Source of the DNA: Carcharhinus amblyrhynchos
Taxonomy: Eukaryota
Length of the DNA: 64,000 nt
Direction: 5' to 3'
Assembly: GCA_965287045.1 (NCBI GenBank)
Contig: OZ336871.1
Coordinates: forward strand, 31,248,001 to 31,312,000
Below the pieces are notes generated by a model, which saw only the letters and a program-made list of their open reading frames with translations, made no database searches and was not told where the DNA came from. Shown one piece after another: positions 37,102 to 49,620 of the stretch. Position numbers and translations under genes: made by a program. Position 1 is the stretch's first letter, and each line of letters opens with the position of its first letter.

Positions 37102-38452
37102 CACTACACACAGGAGCATTTGCCACAAGTGAGAATAAACTTCCACGTCCATTTCCCATCAGCCTCCCCCCTCCCCCACCCATGCAGAGTAATGGCAGCT
37201 TAACCACAAGCTGACTATGACCATAAGACCATTAGGGGTAGGAGCAAAAGCAAATCATTCAGCCTATTGAGTCTGCTCCACCATTCACGATCTCACAGAA
37301 TGACAGAACAGACCCAAAGGGCCGAGTGGCCTATTTCTGCTCCTGCATCCTATGGTCAGAATCAGCTTGAGGTTAAACTTCTCCTGGTCAAGAATGGGAT
37401 TGAACGTCATATGAACCTGTATAAATAGAGATGCTCAAAGGAACACGAGGGGCTATTCCAAGACGCAGAATTGCTCAAAAGAGGAATTCTACGAGCGAGC
37501 ACAGCTCATGACTTTGTGCATCCATTAATTGCAACTTTAGCTGATTAAAAGTCACAGGTTGTACGCCTGCAATTTTCCACGCTGACATCCTGTGGGTGCC
37601 AACATTCATCTCAATAACAGCTTCTTGGACAGACTAAATGAATGCTGAAAGCAAATGGCCATTGTTGAACAGGAGGGATGGGAAGAATGAATGGATATGT
37701 TGCAGATTCACTTGAGTATCTTTTCCGGGGTGGCAGGGAGGTGCAATTTCACAGAATTTTCCATCAGCAAGTTAAATAGCTGGTGCAGAGCCTGTGATAT
37801 GACTGGTTGTTAATAGACTGGGGAAGATTAAATAGTCAGGTTAGACTCTATTATAGGACCATTTACACATGGACTGTAAAAGGAGATTAAGTAATCAGGT
37901 AGTACATTAGACTGGAAGAAACGAAATGAAGTGGCAAACTTTTCTTTCTATGCTTCTTTTCATTCAAGATCAAAGTAGAAACTTTCCACAAATTTAACAA
38001 ATTTTTTTTCTGAATGTAAATCATGGCTCATTGTGCAAGTAACAAGACCACATTTTACCTTACGTCTGAGTCTGAAGAGGGACCACTTGTCTGACATATC
38101 ACATTGAACATGTATTTGAGAAACTAACAAAGTAAGTGTGGGAAAATGACTAAAGATTCAGGAGAAAAGTGGAGCAAAATTTGACTGAATATAGGCAAAG
38201 CACAAACAAGTCATCTGAGCTAGCTACCCCATCCTTAAAGTTACAAAACCAATGCTCAGAATAGACCAGGGAAAAACCAAATCCATTCCTTACTTGTTCC
38301 AAAAACCAAATTCAAAATCCAATTGAATTCAATTCATGGTCCCCCACAATGGAGACAAACAAGATCCAAAGCTTACAAGATGAGGCATTGTACCCCATCT
38401 TGGGCTTGATCTTAGACAAAAGGCTGAAGATGTCAAAGATATGAAAGATTGT

Positions 38453-38579
38453 GGGCGGAATTTTCCCATCCTGCCCGCCACAGGAATCGCAGCAGCCAGG
38501 GTATGGATGATGCAAAGGTCTGTTAACCTCGGGCAGGATTTTTCAGTCCTAGGGTGAGCTCGGTTGGAAAATCCCACCC
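38453..38579. mobile_element. Harbinger-type MITE; relatives at about 17543-17745, 28377-28537, 40313-40410, 49175-49306, 51331-51443 and 57569-57683
   Basis: Imperfect TIRs gggcggaattttcc / ggaaaatcccaccc with 3-bp flanking repeat TGT. Confidence 0.7.
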
Positions 38580-38735
38580 TGTATTTGTAACGATGGAAAA
38601 TAAAAGCCCACTGACACCCCCAGCAACTGCAGTGATTTTAGGCGGGAGTTGCTTTGAGAATCAGAAGGTAACAGCATCCCCGGCACAGGAACTCAAGACA
38701 TCACGCTGTTGGCTATATAAGAAAAAGTTGCACAC

Positions 38736-38796
38736 CTCGTTCAAATTTCAGTTGCTGGTACAATTGAAACGCCTCAGCTGGAACCAAACACGCAAT
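38736..38796 (-). CDS. RNF144B: RNF144B coding exon 3 (linker)
   Basis: tttcag|IACLVPAEAFQLYQQLKFER+G|gtgtgc; 61 nt, ends in phase 1. Confidence 0.95.
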
Positions 38797-39212
38797 CTGA
38801 AACAAATATAAAATACCACAAGTTAAACAAGATCTGAAATGTGCTCTTTGGAAACAAAAATTATAAATGATTAGACACACACGCAACTCAAAATACATCA
38901 TAAACACTTCCCTCTGTCGGCTGCCACCAATGAGGCGGGTCATTATCTAATAATTAAACTTGTTGTCTCCAAGTACCAACAGTAGGGAGATATCATTGAT
39001 TCTCGGAGAAGGGAGAACAGATCAGCTCATCATTAAATGATCAATGGCAGAACTTTCTTGATTATCTGCATTTTGCATCTGCTCTCTTGCTGAGGTGCGG
39101 TTCCATTGGCATTGGTTGCCCTGTTATACCTCATCCTAAACGAGGAAAGTGAGCCACATTGGACTGTTCGATGTGTATAGAGAGACAAGGTGGCAAACAC
39201 CCATGGGCCAAA

Positions 39213-39533
39213 GGGCAGCATGGTGGCACAGTGGTTAGCACTGCTACCTCACAGCACCAGGGATCCAGGTTCATTTTCAGCTTCGGGTGACTGCGTCTGG
39301 GAGTTTGCATTTTCTCCCCATGTCTACGTGAGTTTCCTCCGGGTGCTCAGATTTCCTCCCACAGCCCAATGATGTGTGGGCTAGGTGGATTGGCCACGCT
39401 AAATTGCCCCTCAGTGTCAGGGAGATTAACAGAGTGAATGCGTGGAGTTACAGGGATAGGGCCTGGGTGGGATTGTTGTCAGTGCAGGCTCGATGGGAGG
39501 AATGGCCTTTTTCTGCCCTGTAGAGATTCTATG
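39213..39533 (+). mobile_element. HE1/V-SINE
   Basis: Consensus match. Confidence 0.9.
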
Positions 39534-40861
39534 AACAGGGTATTTCGAATCTAGATTAATACCCATATCTTCACCCTAGCTGAGGCCAGTCAACTCAGTG
39601 TAACCCAGGGATCACAGCTGGGACCTTTGTGATTTGGTTACTCACTGAATTACCTAGCTGGGATACCAGTACAGTGAGTTTATCGTATTTTATTTGCACT
39701 TGCACTGAAAAGGCCAGAAACTTCAGTGTCACTATAAACAACTCTCTGGGCCACAGTGAGCTTATATTTGAGCATTCAGCAGCGTACCTTAGCTATGCAG
39801 AGTACATAAATGTTTTTACTTTACACCCAGTAAATTAGTCAATTATACTAATCTCATAGATGGCAATGTTACATGCTGCAGTTTTGTAATGTCCCTGTCA
39901 CTCAACAGCTAGAACTGTGGCTGCTGGAACTCTTGACAGTTTGGCAGAAACCTCAGATGATTCGTGCATGTCTGTTGATGGGAAAATCTGACTTTTGGCC
40001 AGTATCTATATTCTTTCCGGTAATCCCACCTCCTCCCAAACTAAAAAGGAAAAATTGCACAACGCAGGTTCTGAATCATCCTCGAGGAAGTCACGTTACA
40101 ATTTACTACAGTCCAGTCAAATAAATGAGCGAATTAAATTTAATAATCAGAGAGCAGTTTTTCTTTAACCTGCACACATTGTGTTCACTTCTAATTGAGT
40201 ACTCCCAGATATAAACCTGTGACCTTCACCACCCTGAAAGACAAGGGAGTCAATGCAGGGAACGACCCAAGTCTGCCTCTATGTTACACATCATCCAATT
40301 TGGAGATATGTTGGCTGGAATTATCACCCCGCCACTGCTGCCAGCAAGAACAGAAAACTTGGCACTCAGACAAACCTCCATTTCTAGAAGCTGGACTGGA
40401 GAATTCCAGCCACTGGCAAGGGCAAAAAAAAATCACAGCCATTATCATTAAACAAAAATCAAGGAACTCCCTACCTAGTGGAAGTATCTTCATCACTCTC
40501 ACTGCAGCAACTCAAGAATGTGGCGCAATGCCATCTTCAAGGATAACTAGGGATGGGTAATAAATGCCAGTGCCAACCACAATATTCAAAGAATATTCTT
40601 AAGTAAGCTAACAAATAGCCCAAACAGTCCAAAGACGTGTGGGTTAGGTGGATTGGTCATGCTAAATTGCTCTTTAGCGTTGGGGGGACCACTTAGGGTA
40701 AATGCATGGGATTATAGGGATAGGGCCTGGGTGTGATTCTGGTTGGTGCAACAGCCTCCTTCTGTATTGTAGGATTCTATGATTCTATGAAATAGCCTTA
40801 CTCTTGTGTATTCCTTCAAATAAAATGCTTAATTTGTTTGCAAGGATCAAGTGCATGAACC

Positions 40862-42005
40862 ACAGAACCCCTACAATGTAGAAAGAGGCCAACTGACCCA
40901 TCAAGTCTGCACTGACTCTCCAAAAGGACATCTTACCCAGATCCATCCTCACACCGTCCCTTCCTCCCACCATCCCTGTTACCCCATGTATTTACCATAG
41001 CTAACCCCCCCTAACCTACACATCTTGGGACACTAAGGGGTAATTGAGTCTGGCCTATCCACCCAACCTGCACATCTTTAACATAGAACATAGAACATTA
41101 CAGCGCAGAACAGGCCCTTCGGCCCACGATGTTGCGCCGACCAGTTAAAAAAAAACAACAATGACCCACTAACCTAAACCAAACCCTTTTCGTCCATAAA
41201 CCTGTCCACAGACCTCTTAAACGCCCCCAAACTAGGCGCATTTACAACTGCAGCAGGCAGGGCATTCCAATCCCTCACCACCCTCTGGGTAAAGAACCTA
41301 CCCCTGACATCTGTCCTATAACTACCCCCCCTTAGTTTAAAGCCATGCCCCCTCGTGCTAGATTTTTCCATCAGAGGAAAAAGGCTATCACTATCCACCC
41401 TATCTAAACCTCTAATCATCTTATATGTTTCAATAAGATCCCCTCTTAGCCGCCTTCTTTCCAGCGAAAACAACCCCAAATCCCTCAGCCTCTCCTCATA
41501 GGATCTCCCCTCCATACCAGGCAACATCCTGGTAAACCTCCTCTGCACCCTCTCCAAAGCCATCCTTCCTGTAATGTGGGGACCAGAACTGCACACAATA
41601 CTCCAAGTGCGGCCGCACCAGAGTTGTGTACAGTTGCAACATAACGCTACGACTCCTAAATTCAATCCCCCTACCAATAAACGCCAAGACACTGTATGCC
41701 TTCTTAACAACCTTATCTACTTGATTCCCAACTTTCAGGGATCTATGTACACATACACCTAGATCCCTCTGCTCATCCACACTATTCAAAGTCTTCCCGT
41801 TAGCCCTATACTCAACACATCTGTTATTCCTACCAAAGTGAATTACCTCACATTTCTCTGCATTAAACTCCAAGCACATGGAGCACATGGAGGAAACACA
41901 CGCAGACATGGGGAGAACATGCAGATTCTGCACAGTCACCCAAGCTGGGAATCGAACAAGGGTCCCTAGTGCTGTGAGGCAGCAGTGTTAACCACTGTGC
42001 CGCCC
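40862..42005 (-). mobile_element. HE1/V-SINE split by a CR1 insertion (head 41878-42005, tail 40862-41079)
   Basis: The two halves are collinear with the consensus. Confidence 0.8.
41081..41875 (-). mobile_element. CR1 LINE of a second subfamily nested in a SINE
   Basis: EFNAEKCEVIHFGR..RPHLEYCVQFWSP..LRGDLIETYK; (ttctatg)n tail. Confidence 0.93.
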
Positions 42006-43187
42006 ATGAAAGATATGCCTGATTTATTTCCTTGCTGAGGCCAAGAGTTATTATACCCTGCCCAGAATAGCATTCCAAACAGTAACTAACCAAGGAGATA
42101 CAGGCAGGGTTATATGGCAATGCTGGGAATTGAAGACACATGGTAGGTTAGCTAGAAACTCTGTTGTCTAGCATTTTTAAACAAGAAAATAAAGCTAATA
42201 AGAGGACGGATTCACATCCTTAATCAAAACAAAAACTGCTTCTCCAAAATGGAAACAGCTGAAGGAAGTGGCCAGAACACAACAGCTGCTGTGCTCAAGT
42301 TATACAAGGCCAGACGCCCTGAGTTCAACTTCTACTGCATTTGCTGATATCAGCCTGTGTCGCAGACTTGGAGATAGCATTGGCCTCAGGATCCTTGGGC
42401 TGGGAACAGGAAACTAACAGTTCCCCCGGGGAATCACTATTTACTGCTCTCAGCTGTGTGGATAGAAAGTACGGAATACAAGAAGCCTGGCTGCCCTTTT
42501 CCCTTTCCAATCTGGAGAGCTGGCACATCCACAAGGTACTGTAGAACTGGATGGTGCTTGCGGAGTGGTAACTCATGGTCACAATCACCAGCTCATAAGG
42601 GGAGGGTAATAAAACTTTTAATATTACGCTGATCATGGGATCTCCTGGTGTGTAAATCAGCTGGCCCATTTCCCAAAATTAGCCACTTCATCTCCCTAAA
42701 GTACGACATTGACAAAACATCAAGTAGAGCTTTGATGACCGTGAACTGCTTTGGGACACCTTGAGGTTGCGGAAGGCACTCTAGATGGACATTGCACCTG
42801 TATCTGTAAAAGCTGTGCTTGTAAAAGCCAATTCTTGTGTCTGCACCAGAAGGCTGTAAGATGGTCCAGAGTTATGTATGTTTAATAACAATATATTAGC
42901 ACACCAATGGCTCCAAACTGTGGATTTTACTTTTGAGACTGGGCACAATAGGACAGATAGAAAATCCACTTCAAACAAGGAGGCAAATCGTATCAGCATG
43001 AGACATCACAGATGAAAGGGTTGGTTATGAATGGATAAGTCATCATCTCACAAGTGATGCCAATTTACCATGGTGACTAGTCATTACTGAATCTACAATT
43101 ACAAGGATGGTTGTAAACTTAATTATAGCATTACATAGAAAAAAGGAAACCAAACAAACTGCCCAGATTCCTGCATGTAGATCTGAG

Positions 43188-43320
43188 CACTGATGAACGG
43201 TCATCCCAACGTGAAGCAGTGGCTCTATTCTCTCTCCACAGATCCTTTCAGACCTGCTGAGATTCTCCAGCAACTTCTGTTTTTGATTCAGATTCCTGCT
43301 TCCGCAGTATTTTGCTTTAA
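43188..43320 (+). mobile_element. PLE-type pLTR remnant with degenerate hammerhead core; related copies at about 19553-19685, 34403-34540, 47600-47735 and 55585-55645
   Basis: ctgatgaacggtc...gaagc followed by ctctccacagat...gacctgctgag...ccagca...cgcagtattttgc. Confidence 0.55.
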
Positions 43321-43574
43321 TATCCAGATTCCTACTTTTACTCAGTAGCTCCCAGGGCATATCTATTTGTGTACATACACCTGAATGCAATAGCCCTCAC
43401 CCACCTCCACATTCACTGTCCAAGGTTCATAGGTGGTGAAGAAAGATGTGTGTTCCTAGTTGCAGGACCTACCTCAGCCCTACCACTCCCGGAAGCCCCC
43501 TCTCCATCTTTGTCACCATCGCCCTCTACAGCTCTAACGTACTCCTTGCCAGTCTTTCAACCCCACCCTACACA

Positions 43575-43915
43575 AATGAAAACTTTACTCCGGTATTCAC
43601 GGTGGAAAAAGATCTTGGTGGTTGTACTGCAGGCTTGTGGTGGGCTGAAAAGCTTGAGTGTGTGGACATTAAGAAAGCGGATGTGTTTGAATAGCATCAA
43701 GATAGATAAGTCACCGGGACCGGATGGGATGTACCTCAGGTTACTGTGGGAGATGAGGTAAGAGATTGCAGAGCCTCTGGCGAAGACCTCCATTGATGGA
43801 GACGGGAGAGGTTCCGGAGGATTGCGGATGTGGTTCCTATATTCAAGGAAGGGAATAGAGATAGCCCAGGAAATTATCGACCAGTGAGTCTAACCTCAGC
43901 GGTTGGTAAGTTGAC
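43575..43915 (+). mobile_element. CR1 RT N-terminal fragment
   Basis: IKIDKSPGPDGMYLRLLWE...EIAEPL...IADVVPIFKEGNRDSPGNYRPVSLTS. Confidence 0.85.
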
Positions 43916-44205
43916 GGGCCTGGGTTCAAATCCCATAACGGCAGATGTTGGAATTTGAATTCAATAAAAAATATCTAGAATTAAGACTCAGCTGATGACG
44001 ATGAAACCATTGGCAACTGTCGGAAAAACCCATCTGGTTCACTAGTGTCTTTAAGGAAGGAAATCTGCAGTCCTTACCTGTCTGGCCTACATGTGACTCC
44101 AAACCCACAGCAATGTGGTTGATTCTCAATTGCACTCCCAGGGCAACCAGAGATGGGCAATAAATATTGGCCAGCCAGTAACACGTCACACAAATGAACA
44201 AAAAA
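43915..44205 (+). mobile_element. Second shark SINE family (tRNA-derived head)
   Basis: B-box ggttcaaatccc; core aaaacccatctggttcact..aggaaggaaatctgc; minus-strand relative at about 10560-10725. Confidence 0.65.
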
Positions 44206-44589
44206 GACATCCTTACATCCTATTAGAACACGTATGTAAGAAAGGAAAAAAAAATGAGGGAAAAGGAACAGGGATTGGGCCAAGTGAACAGTTCTCTCAC
44301 AGAGCTAGTACAAGCACTATGGGCCAAATGGTGTCTTCTTTTGTGTAATTCTATAAACTAGCGAATCCCTTTTAAAAAGGATTTGTATTGTATGAAATGC
44401 CGAAACTCAGAAAAGAAGTTCAGCTTCCATTCAGATGAGACACCTAACATCCATATAACATAGAACAGGAGATCCTGGTGTCAAATTGTTGAGGAATAAC
44501 TCACAGGACAACTAATTGCAGCTGTGGAGCACTCAGAATCACAGGACAAGAACCCGTGTTGAACTTTAATGCAAGCTTTTCAAATATTG

Positions 44590-44970
44590 TAAATTAAAAG
44601 GGCAGGTGTTACACCTCCTGTATTTTTGCCTCCTCTCTCGTCATTGTGCAGGTCAAACACCAATTTAAGTGCACTTCTCTTGATTAAATGTATTGTATTC
44701 ACTGCTCACAATGCATTCTCCTCTACAATGGGGTGACCAAACACAAATTGGGGGTACCTGCTTTGCAGGGCACCTTCATTGAGGATGTCCCTGAGCATCC
44801 ATCCAGTGATATGCCTTTCTAATTGACCATCTTGCTCGGACACTGATGTCTGTTGTCCTTGGCCTACTGCAGGGTTCCAATGAAGTTTGAGGAATAGCAT
44901 CTCATTTATCAATTAGACACTTTACTGTTTTCTGGACTCGACACTTGAGTTCAACAATTTTAAACGATAA
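44590..44970 (+). mobile_element. Penelope-like element GIY-YIG endonuclease remnant
   Basis: QVKHQFKCTS..MYCIHCSQCILLYNGVTK..LGLLQ..E*HLIYQLDTL..EFNNF, similar to the vertebrate PLE C-terminus. Confidence 0.72.
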
Positions 44971-45579
44971 CATACCCCACTAATCCCCCTAACCTACACA
45001 TCTTAGGACACTAATCGGCAATTTCCCATGGCCAATCCACCTAACGTGCACATCTTTGGACTGTGGGAGGAAACCAGAGAACCTGAAAGAAATTCACACA
45101 GATACAGGGAGAATGCACAAACTCCACACCAACAGTCTGTCACCCAAGGCCAGAATTGATCTGTACTCAACCTTCTTGTTTCCCTATTTTTCTTCGCTTC
45201 AGTTTTAATCTTGTTTTTCTCTTGCTTAGAAGGGCAGCTGTTCATCATTCTGTCTTAGTTCACACCGTCTCTGGACACATCTTGTTTCTTTACTTGTCAT
45301 ATTATCACTATCATTTGGCGCAGTCCCACCAACTCTTTTGCCATCAAAACTCTCCTATATTCCTCCCTATCACAGCTCTTCCTTTTTACTCGTTTTCCAC
45401 CCTCCTACATTTATAGGTTGACAGGAGTTTACTTGTGCTTTCTGCATGGTGAGCCCGCTGCTGGCTTCATTTATTTTAAATTCTTTCACAGGATGTAGGC
45501 GTCGCTGGCTAGAACAGCATTTTTACTGCTCATCAGGAATTGCCCTCGAGAAGGTACTTTACAGCCCATTTGAGTTCGT

Positions 45580-45898
45580 AGGTGGCACGGCTGCAGAGTG
45601 ATTAGCACTGCTGCCTCACAGCACCAGAGATCCGCGTTCCATTCCTGGCTTGGGTCACTGTGTGGAGTTTGCACATTCTCCCCATGCCTGCATGGGTTTC
45701 CTCCAGTGCTCTGGTTTCCGCCAGTCCAAAGATGTGCAAGTTAGGTGGATTGGCCATGCTAAATGGCCCCTTAGTATCAGCGGGACTAGCTAAGGAAAAT
45801 GCACGGGATTATTGGGATTGCGATATTGGGATAGAATATTGTGGTCGGTGCACACTTGATGGACTGAATGGCCTCCTTCTGCACCGTAGGATTCTATG
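45580..45898 (+). mobile_element. HE1/V-SINE
   Basis: Consensus match. Confidence 0.85.
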
Positions 45899-46389
45899 GT
45901 GGTGATCAGCTGACTTCTTTAACCACTGCAGTACCTTTGGGCGTAGGTACAATCACAATGCTGACGGGGGGGGGGTGCAGTTACAACATTGTAATCCAGT
46001 GACAGTGAAGAAACTGATCATTTCTAAGTCAGGGTGGCGTGTTACTTGGAGAGGAACTTGCAGGTGGCTGTGTCCACATGCACCAGCTACGCGTCCTTCA
46101 AGGTGGTAGAGATTAATACCAGCAGTGTTGAAAGGAGGCCTTTAAGTCTACAGTTAGTGTCCACTTAAGAGTCTCAATTGGCAGCGGGACAGAAAGATCA
46201 TCCACGAGCCTTAACACTACAGACTAATCAAGCAGAGACAGGAAGGGAGCAGGGCATGCATCTGCCACCCACCCAAATATAAGCTCCCCAGTCACCAAAC
46301 TCACCAGACGGGATGGCACAACTTTCCACCCATGATAAAACAGCAAGAAAGATTGTAATCAACCTGACTCGGATATATACTGCCTGGTG

Positions 46390-47130
46390 GAGTGGATGGA
46401 CATTTGGTGAATTGCAAAGCAGAAAAGAATGGCGATAAAGTTTGGTGGGAAGAAAGGCAATTCCTGTTCATTTTAACGGGGATTCCGGAGAGAAGCTGGG
46501 GGGGTGTTTGTGAACAAATATTTGAAAGTGGCAGAGCAGGTTAACAAAGTATATGGAATCCTGAGGCTTAGAGTACAAAAGCCAGGAAGTTATACAGAAC
46601 TTGTATAAAAAAAACACCAGTATGGCCACACTTGGACTATCATGTTCAATTCTTGGCATCACAATTAAGGAAAATGAAGGTTTTAGGGAGGGTTCAGAAA
46701 ATATTTAACCGGAATAGTTCCAAGGATCAAGATTACCATGAGGTGGAGAGTCTGGAGAAGCCGATATTGTACAGTAGAAATGGCCAAGAGAAGGTACAAT
46801 AAGTGTGTTCTAAATCATTAAGTTAGTTGCTCATCATTTCCAATGGCTAAAGGCTTGATAACCAGCCAACACAGACTTAAGGTGATTGGCAAAAGAATCA
46901 GAGGTGAAAAAAAATTTCACACTAAAGTATTTAGGATTTGGAATATATGCCTGGTAGGATGGTGGATACTATTCAATAGTAACCTTCAAAATCGGAATTA
47001 GATGAACACTCAAAAGGAGAAAATCATTGCAGAAAAATAAGGAAATAGGACTAACAGGACTGCTCTTGAAAAGAACAGTGGACACTCAATGGGCCAAATG
47101 ACCTCCTGTCGTGCTATACCATTCTGTGAT
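46390..47130 (+). mobile_element. Old degenerate CR1 3' fragment
   Basis: Decayed EYKSQEV..LY and WPHLDYHVQF segments, plus CR1-type 3' tail. Confidence 0.65.
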
Positions 47131-48399
47131 CCTAACGTAAAAGTATGCTCATTATATGATGTTCCTGACTAGTTGAAAAGTATGATTACCAATAAATATT
47201 GAGAGAATAAAGAAAGTTGTTGGTTTCAGAAAAATAAAACATTTGCAGTAAATGCAGTTTTCTTCGTTAGTTAGTGTTTAACTGCTGCTCAACATAACTT
47301 GGCCTTTCATCTTACTCATCCTCCTCAATAGCCTCTGCTTCTAAACAATCCTACATTCAGAAGTTCTACACTTCTTGGGAGTTCATCTACAACAGTGACC
47401 ATTTCACAATTTTAAAACAGAAAGGGAACTGAGGTCAAATAAGTAGTCATTAGGTTTGTACTGTTTAAAGATTTCATTCCATATTTGCTTAGGTTGGTTT
47501 CCCAGTATATGGGTTACAGAAGAGTAGGGTGGGTCTCTTACAGTACAGAACTTGGCAAAAAGCTACAGCTGCACTGAGTCATACAAACCTCCAGTAATGC
47601 AAAACAAATACTGTCATTGCTGGAAATCCAAAATAAAAGCCATAAAGTGCTGGAACCACTCAAAATCAAGAGCATCTGTTCCTCTCATGAGATTTTGCCT
47701 GAGTTACTGAGTATTTACCGCATTTTCTGTTTCTATCTCCAATAATGTTTGGTCAAGTACTAAGGGAGCGAACATTTCTGCAATGCAAAGTCAGGTTGAG
47801 AGTATTAAGAGTTAAAAGACTTTGTGTTTCACTTCTCCTATACTTGAGATAAATATGAATTAAAAATAGGCAGCCAGAAGTATTACATGCGGTTTTCAAT
47901 GGGCACTTGTCTGCTTTCAATCATTAAAATATTGAGCTTGAGCTTGAGCCCAGAAAATTAAATCACCATCTGACCCCACAGTGTTCTACATCAGGGGTGC
48001 ACTCAGTCCCATTTTGGCCAGGACCATTTAATCCCCAGAATACCTGTCCAAAATCATCTGGCACTTAGTTAATATTGCCAAATGAAGGTCCTGCACCTTT
48101 TTCCAAGGACTTGAGTGCTATTTTCAACATCTCTGTTGTCCCACTCATCAGCTCCACAATAGACACAGGAATTGTGGCCAGGAAAGTATCATTTCCAGTT
48201 GAAATCTCGAGGGATCAACTAATTGCAGTTTTACCACTTGTTTGACCGTCATGATTACTTGTGGCCTGTCATCAATTTCTCTTGGCTGTTGGCTCAGACA
48301 TTAAATCCTCTGAAAAAGTTATCTGACTGAGCCTACTGTGGAATTTTAACCAGAGCTTCTGGTAAACCTCTGGCTTACTCATGAAGCTGATTGTGACTA

Positions 48400-48900
48400 G
48401 AGGAGGAAGAAGAACCGGCAAGTGTCCAAATACCTACAGCTGCAGACAGAAAAGACAGGAAGTCCCGACCCCATGGCTGTGGGCACTGGGCCCTGCCCCC
48501 ATGGCAGCAGGCAGGTCAAGAACTTCATACTTGTGAGGAGTGGTGTGAGGGCATTCTGCTTTACCAGGGAGCCGTCACAAAACATTTACTACCTGCTACA
48601 GTACGAACATTAGATGACAATCACCCTTGCTGCCTTGCAGACAATCACCGTGTATTTTATGCCAAGGATTACTCCACCTCTCAGCAGTTGGTATTTGCCA
48701 CATTAGGCACTCAGCTCTGCATGCCTGCATCAAGCATGTGACAGATGTGCTCTTTAGCAGAGTCAATTACTTCATCACCATCCATTTGAAGGCCAAAAAG
48801 CAGCAAGACAGGGCAGCTTCAGAATTGCAAGATCTTCCCAGGTATACCACAGCAATGACTGCACATGAGTACCTTTGCATGCAGCAAGAATGCAGGTCAA
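48400..48900 (+). pseudogene. Second decayed Harbinger transposase fragment (RNF144B intron 2)
   Basis: FCFTRE..YYLLQ, GICHIRHSALHACIKHVTDVLFSRVNYFI..KQQDRA, NDCT; collinear with the HARBI1 N-terminus. Confidence 0.65.
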
Positions 48901-49312
48901 CAGGAAGGGCTTCAGTTCACTGAACTAGCAATCAGTATGATATGCATACAGCATGTCAGAATTCCTTTAACTTCATATTATGGATGTAACTATGACACAA
49001 CACTGTCCTGTAGAATCCAGGACACACTGCCAATATTCAGAAACTAGTTAAAACCAACATGTGCTTGACATTGATGCTCCCTTTCCTTTAGATTACGAAA
49101 GAAGTCCACAGAGTAGGGGATTCAGATGAGATTCCTTACCTCAATGTCTGACCCATTAAGATAGTTCATGTCTCTGGCTGGGATTCTCCGGCTGTTTGCG
49201 CACCGCTGCCAGCAAGGACAGAGAATTTGGCATTCGGCCAAAATCTCCATTTACTGCAGTGGGACTGGTGAATCCCACTAGTGTGAGTGACCAGAGAATC
49301 CCGCCCTCACCT

Positions 49313-49620
49313 GGGTAGCATGGTGGCACAGTGGTTAGCACTGCTGCTTCACAGTGCCAGGGACCTGGGTTCAATTCCAGCCTCAGGTCACTATCTACGT
49401 GGAGTTTGCACGTTCTCCCTGTGTCTGCGTGGGTTTCCTCCGGGTGCTGCAGTTTCCTCCCACAGTCCATATATGTGCAGGTTAGGTTGATTGACCATGC
49501 TAGATTGACCCTAGTGTCAGGAGGATTAGCATGGTAAATATGTGGGGTTAAGGGAATAGGGCCTGGGTGTTAGATGCAGGCCCAATGAGCCGAATGGTCT
49601 ACTTTGCACTGCAAGGATTA
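49313..49620 (+). mobile_element. HE1/V-SINE
   Basis: Consensus match. Confidence 0.9.

Noticed and set aside
43993-44015. ctgatgacgatgaaacc as a hammerhead core
   Set aside because: No stem II can form between CUGAUGA and GAAA and no convincing cleavage-site helix; lies within a SINE body
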